Below, in pieces: positions 50,423 to 63,130 of a stretch of 64,000 nt of DNA (positions within the stretch are counted from its first letter, which is position 1; each line of letters opens with the position of its first letter). The notes beneath the pieces were generated by a model. That model was not told where the DNA came from and did no database searches. It worked only from the letters and a program-made list of their open reading frames with translations. Location: NCBI RefSeq assembly GCF_000150275.1, contig NW_002060944.1:4592123-4656122 (forward strand), read 5' to 3'. Source of the stretch: Trichoplax adhaerens (taxonomy: Eukaryota; Animalia; Placozoa). The position numbers and the translations under genes are program-made.

Positions 50423-51310
50423 CTACTGATGTTTAGCACGTGCACGAATCATAACAGATTGGCCCAATTTTTGGCGTATTTCATCTCTTGTTTCGACATA
50501 TTTTTCTGCAGTTTTTAATTTCAACATTTGTTTCAATTTAAATTCAGCATATTGTAATTCTTGTTCACTTGCTTTACTCCATGTTGAATCGCCATGACGA
50601 TAAGATGATGATAATGGCCCAGTTGGATCAAGATAGATTTCTTTTTGTTGTAAGGTATCGTAGATGGTATAAATATCTTCAACAACAAGACCAACTTGGG
50701 TTAATATTGAACTGACATCATCCAAAGTATAACAGCGATCGATGCATAATTGCTTTGCACGTGGTATTAAATCCATATACCAATAACTATCAATTTGTTC
50801 TTTCGTTGTAAAATTAACAATTACCATGCCATTATTCTTTAAGACACGATTAATTTCACGAAAAAAGTCCTTTAATGTTGGTAATCCACCCGATAAATGA
50901 TGTAACATTTGACAGTTGCAAATGAAATCAAATTGATGATCATCGAAAGGTATTGCTGGTACTTGTGCTTGGATTAATTCAGCTTGTACTTGATGTTGAT
51001 CTAGTTTGGTTCGGCATTGCGCTAGCATGGCTTGATTCATATCGATACCATAAGCTTTGTCCACTTGAGTAGCTAATCTGGCTAAATAATTACCACTACC
51101 GCATGCAATTTCTAATAAACTAATGGATAAATCCTTGCTGCCATGGCTCTTCTCATTTTTAACTTGACTTAAAGAATCACTAAGATACTGTAATCCTACG
51201 GGTAGACGAGACGAGTCATAATCGTCGATGATATTGTGGTTATAATTTAGGTAGCACACCATTTTATCTTCGATGCCGTTGTTATTATTGTGATTACTAG
51301 TGGTCTGCAT
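50423..51310 (-). CDS. Intronless class I SAM-dependent methyltransferase (Methyltransf_11/25-like), 295 aa
   Basis: Motif I LLEIACGSG, post-I GIDMNQAML, motif II FDFICNCQMLHHL, motif III INRVLKNNGMVIV. Single uninterrupted ORF. Confidence 0.9.
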   Translation of the reverse strand: MQTTSNHNNNNGIEDKMVCYLNYNHNIIDDYDSSRLPVGLQYLSDSLSQVKNEKSHGSKDLSISLLEIACGSGNYLARLATQVDKAYGIDMNQAMLAQCRTKLDQHQVQAELIQAQVPAIPFDDHQFDFICNCQMLHHLSGGLPTLKDFFREINRVLKNNGMVIVNFTTKEQIDSYWYMDLIPRAKQLCIDRCYTLDDVSSILTQVGLVVEDIYTIYDTLQQKEIYLDPTGPLSSSYRHGDSTWSKASEQELQYAEFKLKQMLKLKTAEKYVETRDEIRQKLGQSVMIRARAKHQ

Positions 51311-52049
51311 AGTTGTTTTAGTCGTCGATAATTTTCGAAATCCTCAGCAAGAAATTAATGGAATGAATATGCTCAAAGTACAAGTGAAGTTGTATTTCAA
51401 ACTCTGTTAGTACTAGAATGTGATACTAGTAACAATATTAAGAACTTGACGTTGATTATATAACCCTTTATTAACGTAAAGAGAGATGAGTAAAGGAAGA
51501 TAATATTAACTCTTTTAAAGAAATCGAATAATGGGCAATAAGTTTGTGTGTAAGATCCCTATTCATACATCTTTTCTACAATTGTTTATAGCAGGTTTAT
51601 ATGGACTTTATTTGGGAATAAGAACTAAACTACGAATTTTTTTCGTTATTTTGGTTATTTGAGAAAAGACTAATAAAGTTTCTATTCATTTAGGTACTTT
51701 ACATTGCAGACAATTGCTTTCACAATCTAAATGATGATACATTGATCAATGATCTCTATAATTTATTGATATTAAAGTTATCAACTCTGTTACAACAGTA
51801 ACAAGGCAAGCGTTAGCTTAAGTACCAAATAAACATTAGATTATGAGAAATCATTTAAATTTAAGATGTGACTTATTAATTACAGGATCAATTCAAAGAC
51901 TAAAGAAATTATCGAAATGAATTGTTATCAACAATCGAATTATTAGTTAAAGCTATTATAAATAATAAATAAGATACTTATAATAATTCCATGAAACAGA
52001 AGAGTAAGTGAATACTCGCATGAGAGCGTTACATCGACCAGAACACAAC

Positions 52050-52800
52050 GTGGGTCCAAAGATTTGCTCATGGTACACATACTTGGGAATTATCGATAAT
52101 TTAGTTTGCTATATTAATAACTATTATTATATTGATTGCTTTCAATTCCTATTTTGCCATTTCTATGCCAACCTGATCGGTTTTTCTGAAATGATAAGCT
52201 GAGGACTTTACTTTGATTACAGTAATTCAACTGGATCATGAAGTATAGATCAATGATCTTTAAGTGAGTTAAGGAATTTAAGGAGAAAGAAATTGCCGCA
52301 ATTGTTTCGACTGGCATTCATAACCGCCTTCATAATACTGTTGTTAGGGTATATGTTATTTCAGCTTGATCGAATTGTGCGGATATCAATATTTTAAATA
52401 ATCTTGTTTATGAATAATTCATATCGATAAATTGTTTATTGTCCAATCTCATAGGAATAGCGTTTTCACTTTTTCCCTAAACTTGGGAAGAGATTGATAG
52501 TTTGATCTTGGTAGTTGTCCCCAATGGTTGGATAATTTAAATGAAATACGATTGAATAGCCGTAGTAATATAACAGATCAAAATTCAACAATACAGTCGC
52601 AGGAAGGCGTGAATGATGTTATAATCCTAAGCTAGCAGTATGCGTCATGATTAAAGGCGGTCAATATCATCAGCTGATTACTATCATCGCATAACATTGT
52701 CTTATAAATGGATAGATAATAACATATGTGAACTGCACAATAAGAGAGTAGTTGAACACTTTGTGCTGTTGGTATTTGAAATAGCGTCTTGATCATCAGG
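52050..52800 (-). pseudogene. Possible decayed rhodopsin-class GPCR pseudogene
   Basis: Minus-strand fragments MILTAFNHDAYC (DRY-like), TRLFKILIS (TM6-like) and ETIAAISFSLNSLTH..IIDLYF (TM7-like), interrupted by many stops. Weak similarity only. Confidence 0.25.
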
Positions 52801-54599
52801 GCTAATGATTCATCAAATCTATCGTGTAGAACATTCCTGTTTTATGCTATAGTTCGAGGGTCTAAAGTGGGGTACTAAATAAAGGTAATAGGAATCATCG
52901 TTGATATTGCAATGATCTATTGTTTGGATTTGGTACTAATTTACATGATCCATGGTTCAATTCCAATATAAATTATATTGTGAGATACAATTTTTACATG
53001 ATAGTTTACACTCAGACTCGACATTCCTCTAGATAATAAATATTATTTTAGACGGAGCTCCTGTTATAGATTAGGGATTGATTCTCTTTGTTAATTTTAT
53101 TCCAGCATTTATTTAGTTTAAAATTCAAAAAATCGGGCTTGGCAATATTAATTGATTATCGTGTTGTCCCTGCCTGTTATAAATAAGTACATCTTGAGAG
53201 TTTACATAAATTATGATTTGTGTAGTACAATTATATAATTCCTAATATCAGTAGTTTAAGTATGAGTTGAGTGTAGAACAATTAAAGTCCGATATTTGTA
53301 AACAAGAGCAACTGGATTAATTTTACAATTTGACTATGAAAACAAGTATAATATTGGCGGTTCTAACCTTTATAATGACGATTATCTATTTATATCTAAA
53401 AAAAATTATTTAGCAAGGAGTTATTATTAATTAAAATTGAGAAGCATTGAAAGCATTGAATATCTAGCTCTCGGTAGTTTATTGATTAATCCTTAATTAA
53501 TATGCAATAATATAAAATATCAAATTATTCTGTAAAACTGATAGCAGAAATTTGATATCTTGGCATCATTTCCTGAATTTGTTATTATGTTTGTTGCCTT
53601 AGCGATAGGATCTTAGTTTACTGTATTGAGCAATGATATTAACGTTATGAATGCAGCACTGATGAGCTTGATGTTCATTCTACTGAACAAAAATTACTTA
53701 TTTCTAGGCCTAACTTATGCAATCATCTGCAATGAATAACCAATACCATACATTACTGTAGCCTAAGCTACAGGCTTAATTTGATCTTTCCTTAACACTA
53801 ATTCATGATGTTGAAGTTATCGCCTTTCAAGTTATCTGATAATAATCAAAACTGCCCAATAAGCTGATAAAATAGCTTTGAAGATATAGTTGTTATGTAT
53901 GATAGACTGGTAATGTCTAGGAATTAGGGCAGATAAATTGCATAGCTGCCTAACTGATAAGATAACCGTATGATACTAATATCGTAACTGTATTGATACG
54001 TTCACTAGTAATTTACTAATACGTATGTAATATATATATAATCTAAATGTTACATTATCCAGTCCTACCTACACCTGTCGAAGGTTCGGTTCTTAGCTAG
54101 GATAGCGACTGGTTTATTGCTTGAACTAAATTTGATTTTGCAAAAGAGTATAGTACAGTATCGCAGCTATCAGGTGGTGCCGTTGATATGCAGTACTATA
54201 TCTTATCGGTGTTATGTACGAATTATGGCTTCAAACGATTCGAGATAGCAAGAAGAACTAATTTATCTAGGCATTCCTATCATGCTGCAAGGTGAAGAGA
54301 ATCCCATTGGTTGTACCCTACTACCGGTAGCTAGACCGAAGTACGCCTGTATAAATATCGAATGAGTACTGTATACTATAAATAAATGAAGTGTGAGTCT
54401 TTTCATAGAGTTCAGTAAACAAAGTAGGAGACTTTTTAAAAATTTCCCCTTCCCTCTCTTACAAAATACGTTGACGCTTTTAAGGCTAGGTCTAGCTCAG
54501 TTACCTCTTCCTTCTCTTGCAAAATGCGCTAATGGAATAGTAGAGGAGCATTTTGAAGGGAAAAGATTCTTTGAAAGGTTCAAGTACAGTCTGCAATAC

Positions 54600-54925
54600 T
54601 ACACTAGGTCAACACCTACGCATACCGAAACAACTTCATGTAGTAAGGGTTATAAGGCCCCCAAATGGGCTAAAGGACACAATATTGATAAATGCAAGTA
54701 CTTTCCTTACAAGATAAGTCAGAGTCGTCAAGAGAAAGCTGTTTTGGGCCACCGTAGAAAGTTTTAACAAGTACAGGCTTAAGTTGGTGAGCAACCAGGT
54801 AAACATGTCAACCTGTAGAAGAAAATGATGTGATTTTCTTCAATCGCAACACAACTCGACAGCTTTATACTGTTTCACCTACTAATAATCAATAATAATA
54901 ATAATAATCATAATTATAATTATGA
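54600..54925 (+). mobile_element. Possible 3'-end relic of an R4/Dong-like non-LTR retrotransposon
   Basis: The degenerate peptide ...KISQSRQEKAVLG.RR/KVL resembles the C-terminal QKavLLGTarilrkVL motif. It is followed by a ~110-bp spacer and an imperfect (TAA)n tail at ~54882-54922. Confidence 0.3.
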
Positions 54926-55538
54926 TATCTGTAGGTCCATAGAGTTGAGAAAAAAAAACAGGTATACTGAAGGTCCCATATGATAGAGATCGAAGGCGAT
55001 AAAAACCTTTTGCTTCCTTATGCGTGGGGATTCTATGATAATTGATACTGATTAATACAGCGCCGTACAGTGCTATAGAAAGATAGATAGATAAAATCAT
55101 TTCTTAGATAATTCTAGTCGAATAAGCTATCGATAACATTCTCATGTCATGTTAACACCTCCCTCATTTCTTAGATAAAATATGGTTCTAATTAATTAGT
55201 GAATATTAATTACAGTAGATACGGTAGATGATTCTGCTTCTACTGTACAGAACAGTAGAAGAATGCCGGTCTTGGACAGTGTAGACTTAATACTTTCTTT
55301 CCCTACTTTCTTTTACTGTATAGTACGGTACTTATCCACTCCCACTATCTGAACGAATCTTGAGAAGTACAGTACTGTACTACTGTACTTTATAGTAGTA
55401 CAGAGAAGGCGTTATTAACAAGTTGATCGATTAGCTTTGATCAAGCGCTGAAAACGAACAGTTGGCCATCTCCCTTCGCCTGCTAGATCAAAGTGATTAC
55501 TACAGCTTGATTAACTCGATCGGATAACTATCATCGCT

Positions 55539-58500
55539 ATGGAAAGCACGTATTACCAAGAGAATGGTTATTTTAGCGATGGCCTGCTTAATTTTTCAGT
55601 CGGTACGATAGGGCCCAAGCTACTGAAAGATTGCAAACCAATCATCCAAAAAGCGACCGATATCAAACTAGTAAGTGAAAGTTTACTTTGACATCATGAT
55701 TACTCATCATGATGCAATGATACATCCAATGGCTACACAACTGACGGTACACTGCCACATGGATTGATCCAAGGAGTTAACGCCATGGAGAGCAATCGAG
55801 TCCTAAATTAAACGTAGGAAAGTTTTGATACAATAAGTTCTCGTGACGGTAGTCAGTTCTTCTACTAGACTGTACCTTGGTGCGTATTTGTCAGCGTAAC
55901 ATGATTAGCAAACATCCATCAATTTCGTTCTTAAAATTGAAATTGTTAACCTCTTTTCATCTTACAGTTAAATAAGACAAATTCAATTTTTACGCTTCAT
56001 CAATTTCGTTCTTAAAATTCAAGTTGTTAACCTCTTTTAATCTTACAGTTGAATAAGACCGATTCAATTTTTAGGCTTCATCTAATTTATTGCGGTTGAA
56101 TTATTGGAAAATAATTTCTGAATAATGAGATGTAGTTAAGAGAAGTAAGAGCCGTTTCCACAAATTCATAAGACTTAGTATGAATACTCGTATGGTAAAT
56201 TTATTGCTGATCATAATCACTAAGGGTTAAAATACTTACTGTAGTGTTCGTTGCATTCATCTATTCGGATCGGTTGCAGTAGTAAGACACTTAAGTTATA
56301 AAAATAAAATAAAATAAAATGACTAGTTTTTCATGCAATCAGCCATTTTAGTGACATGATATTGCGTTCACTTCTGCAAGATTACATCAATGATACATTG
56401 TACTGTACTGCCAAAGTAGCACAGATTGAATTGAATTATATCTCAAATATTCAGGAATGGACGAATTGCAGTTTTCATAAGCTCGATTTTGTTCAGTACC
56501 GTATAGCGACCACAGCTACTCACAGTGTACTCATTTACCATACAACTTCCATCATCACTTTGACTCCACAATATGCTATTTTGACAAGATAGATCATGCT
56601 GTATTATTACAGTCTCAATATCTTTTACCGTTTGTAATAATTCGCAACATGACTTTAATAAATTATCCTACTGTATAATAATGGTGTACATGCTACTTGA
56701 CTTAAAGATGAAGATGTAGTGACCGATTGAAACGTATGAATTAAACAAGAGATCATGATAATTCAATACTAAAAATTTGCACACATATGTACATTGTACC
56801 ATACCGATTGAATGAATGAATTTGCTAGCTAAGTCAACATTTTATTATAAATTACTATCGATCTTGAACCTTTGCTTCTTAGCTGTTAGCTACTACGTCT
56901 TATAGTTGGTTTGAACTAATAGTTACCTCTTCCATCTTACTAAATAAATTTACAAGTCTGAAGAAAATTGTAGCGGTTTGTTCCAGTATGGACCTGTATG
57001 TGGTGATCGATATCTACGAAAGGAATTGGCAACATTTTTAGAAGAACGTTATGGCGATCATGTCGATCGGTAAATATGTGTATGACCGATCGGTTATGAT
57101 AGAACTTTGCTACTCATTCATCTTGTCTAATCGCTTCTAATGGTGTACTATAACCCTAGACCGATAGAGAATGATTCATCACAGTTATTTAACTTCTTAA
57201 TTCCTATTCTTATACGCATACATTTAGAGATGACTTGATCTGTACCGCTGGCGCAACCAATGGTCTAATTACAATCTGCAATCTATTATTTACTGCTGGG
57301 GATTATATCTTCATTGGCGATGTTTCTTATTATTCTAATATTATGTATATGAAACATCTTAAATACAATATGGTCACAGGTAAATTGTACTGAATTCATA
57401 AAGGCCATCCCAACAACGTTTATATAAGGAGTTGATCGATATCCATCATCATCATCGAGTACAACTTTTGCTTTACTTCTCCCTTTATCGACAACTTTAG
57501 TTCCTATGGACGATAATGGTATGATTATCGACAAGTTGGAAGAAAAGATAAGAAGTATCGGAAGTTCGCTGACCAAGAGTGATGATAGTGATAAACCCTA
57601 TAATGCTATGGTTTATATCATACCTGCCTTTCAAAATCCTACTGGGCGATGCCTGTCGGAAGGTAATACTATACCACGTTATTCTTAATATTGGCCTCAA
57701 GGCTATTTAATGAATACTTACACGTAAGAGTAGGTTGAAACACGTTGATATTGAATTTCTTTACACAGATCGTTGTCGGCAGCTCGTACAATTGGCTCGT
57801 AGACACAAACTATTGGTATTTGCTGATGATGTTGCTAATCTTGTATATCATGGAGATGAAAAATATCCACCAAGGAGATTATTTTCCTACGATTGCAGGT
57901 TGTAAGCTCACAAGATAATTGTAATATTAAATTGAATTATCAGTCTTGTCACAAAATATTACCAACCTGCTGTTTTAATTACTTGTTAGTACTTGGTAGA
58001 ATGAAAAATTTTACTATTACATATAGCATGGTTATATGTTATGTTCAATGGAACATATGATTGATACATAAATGACTTGTTCATTAGCAGCAGATTCGCT
58101 AAATTTGCCGACTTTGCAGTAATTGAAGTAGTCACTTAACCACTACGAATTGCATATCAAAACATTAACGTTTATAGGTGATTAAATGATTTACATTATG
58201 ATAATTCTCTTAATGTTGTCGTTAAGCAGAAGTCAACTTATTTTGCATGCTGTCAAATTTCGCATTATTGTGTAAGGAGCAAGTTGTTATGGCCTAGCTT
58301 ATCTCCGTATATACGTGTATACGAGTATACCCATACAATAGGTATAGTTTATATGAACTGTAATCGTATCCAAGACCTCCACAAAAATATGCGACAATGT
58401 AATTTAACAAATGGGTAGAGTCTTTTACGAAGTATGCGATTACGACAAAATACTTGTAGTTAGCTATTTTCTCATCTAACGCAAATCAGTTATCCTACGT

Positions 58501-59713
58501 TGGAATGTCTTAAGTTTCTGTCACGTACGGTATGATAAGACATGACTTAATTTCGTAACAAAATACCAAGCTGAGATATCTATTACTTCCGTCATCTCGG
58601 ATAAATTGTTATACACAGTGCTAACGATGTTAATTGTAGTTGACGTATACTGGTCTTGTAATGCTTTAATTAAAGAAGATAACCGTTTGACAGCTTTTAA
58701 CCTGTCTCGTTTCTAATTGCAGGGAAGATGCCGACTTTTATGGAAATGTTATTTCTAATAGTAGTTTTTCTAAAGTGTTCTGCCCAGGAATATGTAAAGG
58801 TTGGATGGAAACTCCAAAGAGAATTATAGACATGCTAGAACTGTATAGGTTAGATTTTCTGGAATGTGCATGCATATCAGTAAAAGACTTGTATAAAATA
58901 CTTTTCTTGTTACCAAAAAACAAATTAAGCGAAATGAATAAATATGCTGTATGTTTTTTAATTGTTAAGTCCTGTATCGTGCGGCTATAATCATTATATG
59001 GATGGCATTATGGAAGTGGTGATTAACCATGGTTTCCTTGATAATTTCTTAAACGATCTCAATTCGACTTTACGGGCAAGTATCGCCATAAAATTAACTC
59101 AAATTTACTGGGTTGCATGTTTTCTATAACCATCATTTACGTGCACCCCAGCAGAAACGGAAGCTTGCCATTAAAGATGCTCTAATAAAGTATATGCCAG
59201 ATTTTGTAGCTTATGAAATCCCGGAGGTAATCAATTTTGCAAAGCAATTATCGCTTTGGCTTAAACCATAATAGTTATGCATAAAAGTGTAATGACACTT
59301 TAACTAAAATTTATTTAATATTCTTTACCAAAATGTATAGGGTGGCTACTTTATCTGGATAGATTTACATGTCAATGCTGAAGGTTGTCACAATATGGAA
59401 TAAAAATTGTGAAAGCTCATACTTATTTCTTTAACGTCTACTTTATTAATATTGTACCCATACAGAAATTCTGAAGATGTGTACTGAGCGACATCGAATT
59501 GCATTTTTTCCGGCGTCCAGGTACTAATTCCAAATCTTCCATTTGAGAATTGGCAGTGTTACAATTTCTTAAATCCATTTTATTGATAGGGTTGCTTTAA
59601 GTGGTGGTTACGAAACGCAAATTCGATTTTCTGTTAGCTATTATGAAGAAGATATTTTGACTAACGCAATCAGGAAAATAGCTGATGTCGTCAAAAATTA
59701 TAATCAAAACTAA
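55539..59713 (+). CDS. PLP-dependent aminotransferase class I/II (YER152C/ARO8-like), paralog A, 11 exons, divergent active site
   Basis: Spliced motifs LNFSVGTIGP, LFQYGPVCGD, CTAGATNGL, VYIIPAFQNPTG, FADDVANLVY, SNSSFSKVFCPGICKGW, GGYFIW, IRFSVSYY. Stop TAA at 59711-59713. Confidence 0.9.
55917..56085. repeat. 81-bp tandem duplication in intron 1 of aminotransferase A
   Basis: catcaatttcgttcttaaaatt at 55917 and 55998. Confidence 0.9.
59076..59154 (+). other. GC-AG intron with tandem CAGCAG acceptor in aminotransferase A
   Basis: Exon ...TTA CGG|GCAAGT. Phase 0 is required to join AAA CGG AAG CTT. Paralog B has a phase-0 GT intron at the same position. Confidence 0.7.
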
Positions 59714-60812
59714 GTATTTAGCCATTATGCTGCGCGTTGAATTTTCGTCCAATCGAATTGTTGTGAAGGCATTTTATGTATCGATCTTTGAAAAATATAG
59801 CTATAATTATATTTAGGAGACCGAAACACACGCGTATGTTATACTGTATATGGATTATGTATACTTTTATTGTTATCAAGCTGCACTTACACGGGCGTCT
59901 AGACTACATTTTCAGTACAATATTGTCTACGTTACAGATTTTACTGTTTAATATCTTATAACCTTAGATATGATCGTGACATACATGTGCTAACTGGTGT
60001 AGTAGTACGAAAAAGTGTTGTCGCTGGTAATTAAATTTAAGCTTATACTAATATTATTAACCTTTTTTTGATACTATTTTCAGTACCTACAGTATTATCG
60101 TATGATGTTTCATATTCTACAGTATTACATGAAGTTATGGTCGATGCTATATGATTATGTTAATTGGACAATTTTGACTTCGTAATTAAATCGCTTCTAA
60201 TTGTGATTATGGTCTCCATAGCGGGTGTCATTGTAAATCATTCACCAGTGACTATAGTGCTAAATTATCGGGTTTATTGCTTAAATTAAAAAATTAATTT
60301 CCGTTGTTGAGTCGACTGAATTTAAGTATGAGAATCAAATCGAGGTTTAATGTACCTTCATTTCAAATTTATGCGTAGAATGTGAACGGCTGTACAACGA
60401 ACGTTCCTTTAATTGTATTCATAATGGTAACTTGCACTGTGTTACCGAAAAGCATTTTATTTGATATAAATAATCCAGTACCTCCAGATGCAAATAGAAT
60501 TGAGTAAATTCACTAGAAAACATAAGCGGGACGAACCACATGCAATATTTGCAATTTTTCAGGAGGGACAGACTGCATTTACGGTAATAACTCCATTATA
60601 GTAATTTACGTATATAATTGATCATGTAGTCGAAATATTGAGAATGTTACTTAGGATAGATAGAAACTTTAGATTTTTTAAGTAAAATCTTAGCTTAGCA
60701 ACAGATGATCACCTTTTCTTGGAGTACTGTATACTCTAGCGGATATATAAGCATATAATATGTTTATAAGTGACTAAAAATATAAAAATCACAACTTCCG
60801 CATTATTTTAGT

Positions 60813-63130
60813 TTACATCAACCGCTTAATGATTGCTGCAACCGCCTTCATGGCCTCTGTGAGTGCAGCTTCATCGTAATAGCTAAAGCTAAATCGCAGA
60901 TAATTTTGAAATCTACCCGTTGACGAAAACCTGAAATAAAGGTAGAAATTAGGGTTATTGATAAGTCTTACTAATACAGTAGGTAATACAAAACATCAAG
61001 AGTATTTTTATTAGGACATACTTTGTTCCTAAAGCAAATGCAATTTTATGCTCTTGTTTAGATATTTTTAAGACATCTAGAAAGAGTTATGAAAGCATTT
61101 GCAAATGTTACGTTAAATTCACATTAGATGACAATAAAATTGCTAAAAAAGACAGAAAAAAATAGTCTACAATTAGGATTTACCTTGTGCATTGATATGC
61201 TCAGGTAATTCAACCCACATAAAGTATCCACCCTATGAATAGAGATAATTAAAATTTGAAGATTTAGCTGGTTTGTATTCTTAAATCATAGGCAATCATT
61301 TAATCTATGACCCGAATGCAATTTGAACATTATTAGTAATATTGAATAAACATTTACCTGTGGTTTGTTAAATTTCACCCCTTCTGGCATGTACTGCTTA
61401 GCAGCATTGTAAATTGCATCCCTTCTTAGCTGCATTAGCAATTAAGAGAAATTTAACTTGGTAAATTTTTCAATGCTTTCATTCGTTTGGATTATTTTTA
61501 ATTAATTATCGATTTTGAGCTTACGTGAAACTGTCTTCTAAATTTGACTAAGATCTCATCGAGCAATCCAGTTTCTAAAGCGCTAGTGACTATTCCACAA
61601 GTATAAGAGTTAAAGCCACCTCCGCTCTGAATATAACCACTACGAAGAAAGCAACATAAGCTTAATTTTTAGTTGACTTAGTGTCATACCTTCCTAAACT
61701 CTTCTAAATGTAACAGTCCTTACAATTGTTGACAACCATACATTACGACTGCTGCATGGATTATCTATTCTGTCTATACTATTAGATTTAACTAAATGAT
61801 AAAGTGAATTAGATAGCCTATGTATATTGCAAATAGGGGCACGCTACCTGCCGTAAAGAATCTTTAAAACTCTTTTTGGAGCTTCATACCAGCCTAAACG
61901 AAGCCCTGGGCCGAAGAACTTCGAAAACGTTGCATTTGAGATCACATTACCTTGATAATCAGGATCGGATCTGAGATAAAGTAGTACCAATTTAGTTCTA
62001 GAATATATTTTTATTTCGTACATTGTATTTTGCCGTCAAAGCAGCTCACTTATCATCATATGCGAAGAGTCTTTTCGGAGCTGGTACAAATTTGTCAGGA
62101 TCATCGCTCCTATACGAGAGTACGTTGTAGACGTCATCACACAAAACCAAGCAGCCATATTTACGAGCTACGCTTACAATTTGCTTGCTACGCTCTAGAC
62201 AGTTCAAAATTCGAGGTAAATCTTACAATAGCAAATGTATAATTTTCTATCTACTGGTATACAAAATGCACAAACGCGAGAGATCATACCAGGTGACACG
62301 CAAAAGCCTTTCGGATTATTGAACGTCGGAATTAGGTAAATTATCGACCAGAAAGGTTGCGCTTCAGATACAACATGATTGCTTTTGGCTTTGTGAATTT
62401 TTAGGGATTCTTCTAATGTGTCTATTTGTATCCCTTCATTATCTGTCGGAACTGCAACAAATGCAATCGAATATACGATTATTCACCAATTAATCCAATA
62501 ATAAAATTGAGAGTAAGGACCCAAAAATGATAATGAAGCATTCAGACACTGTGTAAAATTTATCATACGTGTACGTATGAGTATATAGTTATATTTGTAA
62601 TATTATCCTTGACATAGAGCTAAATTAGATAACATTTGGTGCAAGTTCGCAACTTACTCGGCACAATATTCAAATGCATGTCCTCGCGCAACATGCTCAA
62701 AGCGAGGAAATAAGTTGGTTCTTCAACGAATACGAAATCGCCACTTTTTAGAAGCAGGCCAGCCAAGGCTACAGCACCTTGCGTAGCTCCAGCATTTGCG
62801 TGTATATCTTCACTAATATATTTTTAATATTTACAGAAGTAAATAGATGTTGACTCTTTCAGCCATATAGTAGATAAACTAAGTAATATTACAACTACGT
62901 CTCGTACAGCATAATATAACGCTAAAATTTAAGCCGTTGTAAAGAATTTCATATTTAGTCATTAATTGATATTGACGTAAAGTATGAAATAAGTATCTTA
63001 CTGTTAACAAATTTTACCTCGATACTGGATCACCATAATGACGAGAAAGAAATTTTGCAACTTCTACTGGAAATTTCCCATCGCCTCTTGTAAGACCATA
63101 TTGCAAGAGTTGGCAGGCATCTGGTTGAGA
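60813..63130 (-). CDS. PLP-dependent aminotransferase class I/II, paralog B (exon 1 probably beyond window end), canonical active site
   Basis: Spliced motifs [85 protein letters not shown]. Intron positions match paralog A. Stop at 60815-60813. Confidence 0.92.

Noticed and set aside
50423-51310. Bacterial contaminant or endosymbiont insert
   Set aside because: Base composition matches the flanks, it has an Asn-rich eukaryote-like N-terminus, and there are no neighbouring bacterial genes.
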